DNA of 64,000 nucleotides. Source: Candidatus Binatia bacterium (GTDB taxonomy: Bacteria; Desulfobacterota; Binatia; HRBIN30). Below are positions 49,013 through 56,695 of this stretch, in pieces (positions within the stretch are counted from its first letter, which is position 1; each line of letters starts with the position of its first letter). The notes beneath the pieces were generated by a model that was given only the letters and a program-made list of their open reading frames with translations, was not told the DNA's origin and ran no database searches. The position numbers and the translations under genes were made by a program. The stretch spans positions 142,191 through 206,190 of the forward strand of contig CALAMI010000008.1 in assembly GCA_937925685.1 (NCBI GenBank), read 5' to 3'.

Positions 49013-49877
49013 TTGCGCTGAGGAGGGAAGCCCATCGCTGTCGCACCAGAGAAAGGTCTTCCTCGTGTTTGGCCAAGGCGGTGACTGTCTCCTTCGCCCG
49101 CGGATCGCCGAGTTCCGTTACCCCGAGCGCCATGAGCGCTTCGGCCCAGGCAATGGTTTCGGCAACGCTTGGTTGTTTGCGGAATGGCAACCGCCGGGCA
49201 GCTTGGACGAAGCGAACAATGTGCGCCCCCAGCTTGGCCTCGAGGTGTGGGACTTTGAGCCGCACAATGGACTCCTCTCGTTCCCGTGATGGAAAGTCGA
49301 GGAAGAAATAGAGGCAGCGACGGCGCAATGCGTCGGAAAGTTCTCGGCTGCGATTTGACGTAAGAATCACAGTCGGACGGTGTTGCGCGCGAATGGTCCC
49401 CAGTTCAGGAATCGATACTTGAAACTCTGCCAGAAATTCGAGCAAGAACGCTTCGAATTCTTCTTCGGCTTTGTCGATTTCATCGATCAACAACACCGTT
49501 GGCTGCGAGCTACGGAGCGCCTTGAGCAAAGGCCGGTCCAGAAGGTACTCCGGGGAGAAAATTTCATGCTGGGTTTCCTGCCAGCTAGCATTTCGTCCCT
49601 GATCAGCTTGCAAGCGCAGCAGCTGCTTGTGGTAGTTCCATTCGTACAAGGCCTTCGACTCGTCGAGCCCTTCGTAACATTGCAACCGAAGGAAGGGCCG
49701 CCCCAGGGCTAGACTTAAAGCCCGCGCGATTTCCGTTTTACCTGCGCCAGCCGGCCCTTCCACGAGCAAGGGCCGCCCGAGCACAAGAGCAAGGCGCAAA
49801 ACCGTGGCTAGGCTCGCTGAAGCTAGGTAGCCAGCCGCGGCCAATCGAGACTCTAACTCGGGGTACGCCGCGTCCAT
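49002..49877 (-). CDS. MoxR-family AAA+ ATPase, CoxD-like
   Basis: LLVEGPAGAGKT, RLQCYEGLD, LLIDEIDK, TSNRSRELSDALRRRC. Confidence 0.92.
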   Translation of the reverse strand: MDAAYPELESRLAAAGYLASASLATVLRLALVLGRPLLVEGPAGAGKTEIARALSLALGRPFLRLQCYEGLDESKALYEWNYHKQLLRLQADQGRNASWQETQHEIFSPEYLLDRPLLKALRSSQPTVLLIDEIDKAEEEFEAFLLEFLAEFQVSIPELGTIRAQHRPTVILTSNRSRELSDALRRRCLYFFLDFPSREREESIVRLKVPHLEAKLGAHIVRFVQAARRLPFRKQPSVAETIAWAEALMALGVTELGDPRAKETVTALAKHEEDLSLVRQRWASLLSASGR

Positions 49878-49914
49878 TGCTAGGGCTCAAGTGGAGCAGC
49901 ATCCCAGCAGATGT

Positions 49915-50910
49915 TCAAGCGGTGGCTTGACGAGGGCGCTCGTGCGCAAATGCTTGGACGGCGAGCTGTAAACCGGCTGCGCAAAGGATGCGCCTAAGGT
50001 GTTGAATGCTGATGTTTTTCACCACAGCCCGCTGCACAAGCGCCGCACGTAGGCTGCGAAGCGACCAATGATCCCGAGGCACTCCCCAGTCCGCGGGCGG
50101 GCTGCTGGCCACAGCCAGGATCTTGCGTCGAATCTCGGGAGTGAACCTCGTGGGTCGCGGGGGTTTTCGTGGTGCCTGGATTCCTAAAACGCCGTGAACG
50201 CGAAAGCGCCGTAACCAGTAGCGCACTGACGAGGGAGCGACAGCCACCGCCGCTGCGATCTCAGCTTCTTGAAGGCCGTTTGCTCGTGCCAAAACGATGT
50301 GAGCCCTTCGCCCGACCTCTGGCTTTGCACTGGCGATAATTTGTTCCAAAATGGCACGTTGCTCGGAGGAAAGCACCAAAGGTTGCGTTCTCTTCCGCTG
50401 CCACAGCTCGCAAGGCAGGGGAACGCCGCGCAAAAGTTGCCGTAAGCCCTCCACGCTGAGGTGCTTGACCAGGCCACGCCCCAGCACGTGCCTTTGCAGC
50501 CTGCGCAGCGACCAGCTGTCAAATGGCTCCCCAACGGTTTTCGGCGAACTGACGGCAATTCTGATAATGGCATCGCGAACGTTACTCTCCACTCGGGCGC
50601 ACCGCGGGCGAGCCCCGCAGTCACGCGTGAGTCCGGGAATACGTTTCCCAGCAAACCTTTGAATCCAGCGGCGCACGGTGGAACGATGGACCTGGAAGCG
50701 GCGGGCAATCTCGTGGACAGTTTCCCCCCGAGTCCACAGCAACACCACTTGAGCCCGCCGCGCGATGCTGGGCGGCTCTTCCTCCGCAAGCCACGTTAGC
50801 TCCGCCCACTCCTGCGGTGTAGGCTCGACCGGCTCGAAAGGCGAGCCTGAACTTGGCTTGGCATTCGCTCTTTTTAGTTGGACCATGGAGCCGCGCGCAG
50901 CGCTCGACAC
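49915..50910 (-). CDS. Protein made of two tandem IS630-type helix-turn-helix modules, no DDE domain
   Basis: Two copies of RRA..VL....G....EIA......V..W..RF...G..G and WSLR.L; start uncertain. Confidence 0.75.
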   Translation of the reverse strand: MSSAARGSMVQLKRANAKPSSGSPFEPVEPTPQEWAELTWLAEEEPPSIARRAQVVLLWTRGETVHEIARRFQVHRSTVRRWIQRFAGKRIPGLTRDCGARPRCARVESNVRDAIIRIAVSSPKTVGEPFDSWSLRRLQRHVLGRGLVKHLSVEGLRQLLRGVPLPCELWQRKRTQPLVLSSEQRAILEQIIASAKPEVGRRAHIVLARANGLQEAEIAAAVAVAPSSVRYWLRRFRVHGVLGIQAPRKPPRPTRFTPEIRRKILAVASSPPADWGVPRDHWSLRSLRAALVQRAVVKNISIQHLRRILCAAGLQLAVQAFAHERPRQATA

Positions 50911-50958
50911 CTCTTATAATGGCTTCCTGGCTCGGCTGCAAGCAAAACGCAGTTCTGT

Positions 50959-51117
50959 CTAGGCTTCGTCCCAGAATTCTTTTGCCCGATCGATAGAACT
51001 CCCATGCGATCCTTCGCTGGCGCCTTCGAGCGGAATTGTCCGCGCCCTCTCCGGCTCCAGTGTACTGAGTTTTGCCTTGGTTTTGCGTAGCGCTTTGGCC
51101 ACTTGGAGTTGATTCAT
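50959..51117 (-). CDS. Small unannotated protein, 52 aa (MNQLQVAKALRKTKAKLSTLEPERARTIPLEGASEGSHGSSIDRAKEFWDEA)
   Basis: Translated by hand (below the ORF-track cutoff); GGAGG RBS just upstream of the ATG; sigma54-like promoter upstream. Confidence 0.55.
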   Translation of the reverse strand: MNQLQVAKALRKTKAKLSTLEPERARTIPLEGASEGSHGSSIDRAKEFWDEA

Positions 51118-51144
51118 GGCGCCCTCCATACCGAGCAGCTTGCC

Positions 51145-51160
51145 TGCAAAGGGTTTGCCA
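51145..51160 (-). promoter_or_regulatory. Sigma54 (-24/-12) promoter
   Basis: Minus strand TGGCAAACCCTTTGCA fits TGGCA-N6-TTGCA with exact GG-N10-GC spacing, just upstream of an RBS and ATG. Confidence 0.65.
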
Positions 51161-51267
51161 GCGAGGCAAGGACTGATGGATTAGCCCACCCAAGCCGGGC
51201 GGTTTCCAAAAATGACCTTACCGTGTATCAGAATTGAAACGGGTGGAGGGCTAGTGTTGTGAGTTTG

Positions 51268-51921
51268 TCACCTAGTGGGGTGATGCGGGGATTGCTCAAG
51301 CAATCGATCGACAATTTCCACGGTGCGGTTTGCCGCGCGCTCTGCTGCTTCGCTTTGCCTCACTGCGTCTTCGGCGGCCGCGGCAGCGCGATCGGCAGCG
51401 GCTTCCACCCGGGCGACGAGGTCCTCTAAGGATGGTCTTTGTGGCTGGGTTGTTGTCTCCGCCCGCCGTTCGGTTGACACGCTAGGGGCGGCTACGGTTT
51501 CGGGCGGGTTTAGCGCCAGTTCGATTTCCAGCCGTTTACTCGCGGGGATGCCACCAGAAAACTTGACCAGCCCGAGGTTCGGGTACGACTCTGGCAGCGT
51601 AAGAGCCCGGCCAAAGTCCACCTCCATATTGCGCCGCAGGTAGTAGAGTCGCACCTCGTACGAGTCCCACGGCCACTCCGGGCGAATTTCTTGCACCTCG
51701 GCGTAATCGGGGTAGCCGTACTGGTCGAGGAAAAGACGTAGCTCCTCCATGCGGGCAGCTTCCCGCTCGAGGGTGGCCCGAGAAATGGGAGAAGGCTCGC
51801 CAATTTCTGTGATGTATGGCCGCCGTGCCGGTGTCTCGCGTCGAACGTCGGCAGCGGTTTCCAGGGCAACTGAGATGAGCGTTAGGCACGCGGTCGCAAT
51901 TATGAACCGTTGATACCTCAT
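51268..51921 (-). CDS. Secreted hypothetical protein with C-terminal Ala-rich coiled coil
   Basis: AGGAGG RBS; signal peptide; YGYPDY motif; EAAADRAAAAAE. Confidence 0.7.
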   Translation of the reverse strand: MRYQRFIIATACLTLISVALETAADVRRETPARRPYITEIGEPSPISRATLEREAARMEELRLFLDQYGYPDYAEVQEIRPEWPWDSYEVRLYYLRRNMEVDFGRALTLPESYPNLGLVKFSGGIPASKRLEIELALNPPETVAAPSVSTERRAETTTQPQRPSLEDLVARVEAAADRAAAAAEDAVRQSEAAERAANRTVEIVDRLLEQSPHHPTR

Positions 51922-52104
51922 GAAGCCAACCTCCTGACTCGCGCAGCCTACGGGAGGTGGGAAAGACGTGCAAGCAGAAATTCAAGTCTTTTGCTTTTTG
52001 GGGGAAGAGCTGATTTATTGTTGGGAAACAGCTTGGCATGACTACGGCTGTCGAATACGCTCGGCGGGTCCATTGAGTGTCTTGGAGTGCGGAGTGGCAA
52101 AACT

Positions 52105-53124
52105 ATGGCAATCGTTCGCGGCGAGGAACTGACGTACACGAAGTTGCAGTCGATGGACTTCAGTCGCACTCTGTGCATGCAGTCCGTGAGCGCCTTGGAA
52201 GTCCATGGGCCTCATTTACCCGTGGGCATGGATCTGTTCATGGCGCGCTGGATGGCCGAGGAAACGGGCCGGCGCTTTGCCGAAGCGCACCCGGATTGGA
52301 CAGTGGTAATTCAGCCTCACTTGCCCGTGGGTACGGACGAGCTGCCGCTTCCGGGATCGGTGCGGGTTGGACCGTACACCTTTTACCGCCTGCTCTGGGA
52401 TCACGCACGGTCGCTGGTGGAAGCGGGGTATCGTTATATCGTTTTGACCAATGGTCACGGTGGTCCGCGGCACGCGGCGACCATCGAGCATGTCTGCCGG
52501 CGGATGAGTCGCCGCTATGGGGTATCGATGTTTTCCCCGTCGATTGTTGCCTTGCACCGCATCATCACTGGACAGAGGTTCACTGAATTGGAAGCGATTC
52601 TCGGCCGTTCGCTTTTGGCAGAAGAGCGAGAGGGTTTGCTTGCGGGGGAACATGCCGGAGGTTGGGAGACTGCTTTTCAGCTAGCTGCGGATGCGGCTAC
52701 AGTGGAACCCACGTGGAAGAGTTTGCAACGTGATGAGCCGCCCAAGTGGGGACCTTTGGTACGCCTTGGCGAGCGGTGGGCCGCCCTGCGCGAGCGCAAA
52801 GGTAAGCCGGCGAAGAGAGTTCGTGAGCTAATCGATGGGCTGTCGGGGGCGATCGGGTGGCTTTTGAATGCCCGCTATGCGTATGGGGGCCCGCCGGTGA
52901 CCTACAAGGGTACGCCAGCAGTGGCTTCCGTCGAACTGGGCCGGGCATTTCGTGAGCTCATGGCGCGCGATTGCTTGGAGATCATCGAGCAGGTGATACG
53001 AGGTGTCGTTGCAGCGGAGTCGATCCGCAGCATTGCTTCGGATCATCCGCTGATTCAGCCGCTGTTCTGGCGACGCATCGCGTGGGGTGCGGTTGCGGCC
53101 GCACTTCTGCTGGTGTTCTTGTGA
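52105..53124 (+). CDS. Creatininase/MftE-family amidohydrolase with C-terminal TM helix
   Basis: E.HGPHLP.G.D, NGHGG, HAG..ET motifs. Confidence 0.85.
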   Translation: MAIVRGEELTYTKLQSMDFSRTLCMQSVSALEVHGPHLPVGMDLFMARWMAEETGRRFAEAHPDWTVVIQPHLPVGTDELPLPGSVRVGPYTFYRLLWDHARSLVEAGYRYIVLTNGHGGPRHAATIEHVCRRMSRRYGVSMFSPSIVALHRIITGQRFTELEAILGRSLLAEEREGLLAGEHAGGWETAFQLAADAATVEPTWKSLQRDEPPKWGPLVRLGERWAALRERKGKPAKRVRELIDGLSGAIGWLLNARYAYGGPPVTYKGTPAVASVELGRAFRELMARDCLEIIEQVIRGVVAAESIRSIASDHPLIQPLFWRRIAWGAVAAALLLVFL

Positions 53125-53150
53125 TGCGTGCATAGTCTGGAGGAGAGGGC

Positions 53151-54089
53151 ATGTTGTTCGGTCTACACACCGGGCCGCAAAACTGTTCGTACAACGAGCT
53201 CGTGGATCTGTGGCACGATGCCGACAATGCAGGTTTCCACTGGATTTCTGTGTGGGACCACTTTTACCCGGCGATGCTAACGCCAGAAGATGCCGAGGGC
53301 AGTTGTTTCGAGGCTGTTTCAATTCTGACGGCGTTGGCCAAAGAAACGCGACGTGTACGCGTTGGTTGCTTGGTTTTTTGCATGGGGTATCGACATCCCG
53401 CGGTTTTGGCCAATGCTCTTGCCACCATCGACCACGTCAGCGGCGGTCGCGTAGAGGCTGGGCTGGGCGCGGGGTGGAGCCAAATCGAGTTCGATGCTTA
53501 CGGAATTCCCTTCTTGCCCATCCGTGACCGGCTGGATCAATTGGAAGAGGGAATCCAGATCATCCGCTCTTTACTGACACAGCCGGTTTCGAATTTCGAA
53601 GGGCGGTACTATCGCCTACAAGATGCGCGGTGCGAACCGAAACCCTTGCAGGGTCGCCTCCGACTGTGGATAGGTGGAATGGGAGAGCGGCGACTCCTGC
53701 GGATTGCCGCGCAATACGCTGACGGTTGGAACGTTCCCTTTCTTAGCCCGGAGCTGTTTGGTCAAAAGAATGCTGTCCTGACGCAGTGGTGCGAGAAAAT
53801 CGGGCGCGATCCGGCTTCTATCACGCGTACGGTCAACGTCGGCTTGGCCATTGCGCGCAACGAGGCGGAACTTGCAAAAAAACGCGAAGGCTTGCGCCAG
53901 CAATTTGGCGCTGCTTTGGCAGTGCTCGAGCCTGGGATGCTGGTTGGCGCGGTTCCGCAAGTGGTGGATCGCATCGGTGCCTATGAACGTGCTGGGGCGG
54001 ATTGGGTGATCGTGGCATTGCGCGCGCCGTTCGACCGTGAAGGTTTGCAACTTTTTACCGAAGAAGTCTTGCCTGCGTTTGGCCGCTGA
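53151..54089 (+). CDS. LLM-class (luciferase-like, probably F420-dependent) oxidoreductase
   Basis: W.WDHF, YRHPAVLA..ATIDHVSGGR..GLGAGW, WIGG.GE, ADGWN. Confidence 0.9.
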   Translation: MLFGLHTGPQNCSYNELVDLWHDADNAGFHWISVWDHFYPAMLTPEDAEGSCFEAVSILTALAKETRRVRVGCLVFCMGYRHPAVLANALATIDHVSGGRVEAGLGAGWSQIEFDAYGIPFLPIRDRLDQLEEGIQIIRSLLTQPVSNFEGRYYRLQDARCEPKPLQGRLRLWIGGMGERRLLRIAAQYADGWNVPFLSPELFGQKNAVLTQWCEKIGRDPASITRTVNVGLAIARNEAELAKKREGLRQQFGAALAVLEPGMLVGAVPQVVDRIGAYERAGADWVIVALRAPFDREGLQLFTEEVLPAFGR

Positions 54090-54106
54090 GTGGTTCGAGC
54101 GTGCCC

Positions 54107-55063
54107 TTACTTGATTGCCTGAGGATTGACTGGGGAACCGACTGCACCGGTAATGGGCAAGGGGGGGGCGACAAAAAGAAATTCGTAGATTCGATCTTGT
54201 CCGCAATCCTCGGCAAGTGCCTCGAGATCGAAGATCTCCCCAACTAACATGCCCATGTGCACGATGGCCACGCAATGTAACGGTTGGAAACAGTCTGGGG
54301 TTTCGTTGGGAATAACTTCTGTACCCCAGGTGTCGGTCGCGTAGCCGGCAATTTCGTGCTTCGCGAACCATTCGGCACAACGGAGACTGAGTCCCGGAGC
54401 GGGCCCCCCGGCATATTGGCCCCAGCTCCCCTCCGATCGGACTTGCGCTAGCTGACCCGTGCGTACGAGCACAATGTCGCCTCGCTCAATCCGAACACCT
54501 TCCTGTGCCGCAGCAGCATCGAGTTCTTCGGGCCCAATGGCCTCGCCTGGCTCGAGCCAGGCTTTACCCAGCAAGCGGGGGATATCGAGCAGAACTCCGC
54601 GGCTCACGACACTCTGTTTGAGTTTGTCGATCGAATTTGCCCGCGCGCCGCTGCTCGTGACCCATTCTGGTCCGCGGTTGTTGTACATTTTGCCATCGAA
54701 AAAGATGTGCGAAAGGGCGTCCCATTGGGTGGCGCACTGTAATGGCATGGTGATCGCGTCATCGCAGTACCGGAGGCCCGGAATGAAGTCTTGGGCACCC
54801 GAGGCGATGTCCCCACCATCCTGGAGCATGAAGTGCAAGGGATTCACTCTGCCGGCAAAACCGGTTTGGGGGCCCTGGGAGTCGAAGGGAATGGCCAAAG
54901 AAAACACGCGGCCACGGCGAACTAAGCCAGCGGCACGGACGATCTTCTCGGGGGTGATAAAGTTGAGGGTCCCCAGTTGGTCATCGTCGCCCCACCGGCC
55001 CCAGTTGGATAGCCGTTTCCCCAGTGCGCGCACATCGTCAATCGTGAATTGGTGCCGTGTCAT
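54107..55063 (-). CDS. Cyclase family (kynurenine formamidase-like) metal-dependent hydrolase
   Basis: NWGRWG.DDQLGTLN, TQWDALSH, RGVLLD, GDIVLVRTG, GSPVNP. Confidence 0.9.
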   Translation of the reverse strand: MTRHQFTIDDVRALGKRLSNWGRWGDDDQLGTLNFITPEKIVRAAGLVRRGRVFSLAIPFDSQGPQTGFAGRVNPLHFMLQDGGDIASGAQDFIPGLRYCDDAITMPLQCATQWDALSHIFFDGKMYNNRGPEWVTSSGARANSIDKLKQSVVSRGVLLDIPRLLGKAWLEPGEAIGPEELDAAAAQEGVRIERGDIVLVRTGQLAQVRSEGSWGQYAGGPAPGLSLRCAEWFAKHEIAGYATDTWGTEVIPNETPDCFQPLHCVAIVHMGMLVGEIFDLEALAEDCGQDRIYEFLFVAPPLPITGAVGSPVNPQAIK

Positions 55064-55098
55064 CAACCTCCTCCTCCGAAGCTGAGGGAATGCAACTC

Positions 55099-55938
55099 CT
55101 AGCGGTGCAAAAACACCGGGCAGCTTGCATTGCGTAGCACGTACTCCGTCGTGCTGCCGAGCACCAGCTCGATGATGCGGCTGTGTCCGTACGCACCGAT
55201 GAAGAGTAAGTCGTGGCGGTGCTCGCGCAAATAGTTGGCAATTCGTTCGGGAGCGTTCCCGGTCTGCTGGAGTTCGAGTTTGACCTCGATTGGATACGCC
55301 CTCAAATAGGTATTGGCCTCTTGGAGGATTTTATTCCCCGCGGTTTCGTCGCGGTGCACGGTGAGCACGGTAAGGGGCAGGCGAAGGACCGTGCAAAATT
55401 CCGCGGCAGAGTGCATGGCCGCAGCGGCGCGTTGACTGCCGTCGTAAGCGAGGAGCGGGTTTTGAATCTCTTTGAACTGCAGCGTGCAAACTAACACAGG
55501 TTTGGGTGACCGCCGGGTCACGTTCTCTGCCGTGCTTCCGAGCAAGCCTGTCACGAACTTCTCGTTCACCCCGCGATGCCCAATGGCGACCAAATCCGTG
55601 GTTTTCGCCGCTTCGGCAATTTCGTTGGGCACAATGCCCATGGTCAGGATCGTATCATGTCTTACACCGGCTTCGGCTGCGCGGGTACGGAATTCGTCCA
55701 GAATCGCTTTGCCTCGCTCGTGGAGCACTTCGCGCATTTTGGAGGAGAAGTCCAAATACGGCTCAAACCCGAGGGAGCCAGAGATATCGTGGAAAAAAGA
55801 TCCTTCGATGGAGACGATATCCACCACGTGCAAGCCAATCACTGTAGCTTCGAGCTGTTGCGCTAGCCAAATGGCGTAGCGTGACGCTGTGCGCGCGTGC
55901 TCGGACCCATCCAGTCCTACCAAGATGGTTTTGATCAT
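55099..55938 (-). CDS. Universal stress protein (tandem USP domains)
   Basis: ILVGLDGS, LGSTAE.V.R, LLAYDGS, GAYGHSR..ELVLGSTT. Confidence 0.92.
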   Translation of the reverse strand: MIKTILVGLDGSEHARTASRYAIWLAQQLEATVIGLHVVDIVSIEGSFFHDISGSLGFEPYLDFSSKMREVLHERGKAILDEFRTRAAEAGVRHDTILTMGIVPNEIAEAAKTTDLVAIGHRGVNEKFVTGLLGSTAENVTRRSPKPVLVCTLQFKEIQNPLLAYDGSQRAAAAMHSAAEFCTVLRLPLTVLTVHRDETAGNKILQEANTYLRAYPIEVKLELQQTGNAPERIANYLREHRHDLLFIGAYGHSRIIELVLGSTTEYVLRNASCPVFLHR

Positions 55939-56087
55939 GGCTTTGCGTGTACCACCGCTCAGGAACCTTCGACAAGCGCTGCTGTTCCGTTGGCTAGGCG
56001 GCTTGGGCATGCCATAGCCTGGTTGCAAACTGGGCACATTCGCGGCACATGACAGCACAGTAAAGCTATCGGAAGTCGGCGGTAAAA

Positions 56088-56564
56088 GTGTCGAGGAAAC
56101 GCAAACGATTCCCGCAATCCCGGGTCTCTATCCGAATATGGGCGACGATTGCCGTCACTGGGATTTTCATGGTGGCGCTTGCCGAGGCGCCGCTTGGGAT
56201 TGTGGCGCACCGTCACCCGGGCGACCAGATCGCTCACGTTCACGTTTCGTTACGAGCGCCGTGGTGGAGTTCGGGAAACTCAGTCGCGCACGAGCAAGAG
56301 CTGCCTTTTGCTGCCAACGACACTCCAGTCGATTGGTGGTCGCAGGAGGCTGCGAGCCGTCGCCTGGGAGTCGGGCTCTGGGGGCCACAGGCCTTGTCGA
56401 ACACGCATGTACACAGCTTCTCGCCCTTTCAGCCGACCCTCCTTGAACTTGCGCCGCTAGAGTTGGCGGCAGAAGTGGTACGCTTGGCTGGGGGTGTACC
56501 TCCGGGAGATTCCCCGCACCAAGCCCTGACGAGGTGGCGCTCGCGTGCCCCACCCCCGCGCTGA
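56088..56564 (+). CDS. His-rich leader protein with N-terminal TM and C-terminal RAPP motif (candidate arrest peptide)
   Basis: Hydrophobic IWATIAVTGIFMVALA; HRH, HVH, HVH clusters; ends RSRAPPPR; directly upstream of a TonB-dependent receptor. Confidence 0.65.
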   Translation: MSRKRKRFPQSRVSIRIWATIAVTGIFMVALAEAPLGIVAHRHPGDQIAHVHVSLRAPWWSSGNSVAHEQELPFAANDTPVDWWSQEAASRRLGVGLWGPQALSNTHVHSFSPFQPTLLELAPLELAAEVVRLAGGVPPGDSPHQALTRWRSRAPPPR

Positions 56565-56695
56565 TTGCTGTCGGGGAGCGAGAAGGACATCGTCGGTCGT
56601 TAACGGTTCGGTGCCAGCGGCCACCAGCGCTCGGCTTGGTCCGCCAACCGGTGGCCCCGTGTGCGCTGATCGCCGTTTAACTTGGAGGTGGATCT

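Noticed and set aside
49915-50910. Active IS630 element
   Set aside because: No DDE catalytic domain in the ORF or adjacent frames, and no evident terminal inverted repeats
52105-54089. Mycofactocin biosynthesis cluster
   Set aside because: No mftA, mftB, mftC or mftD nearby; only family-level similarity to MftE
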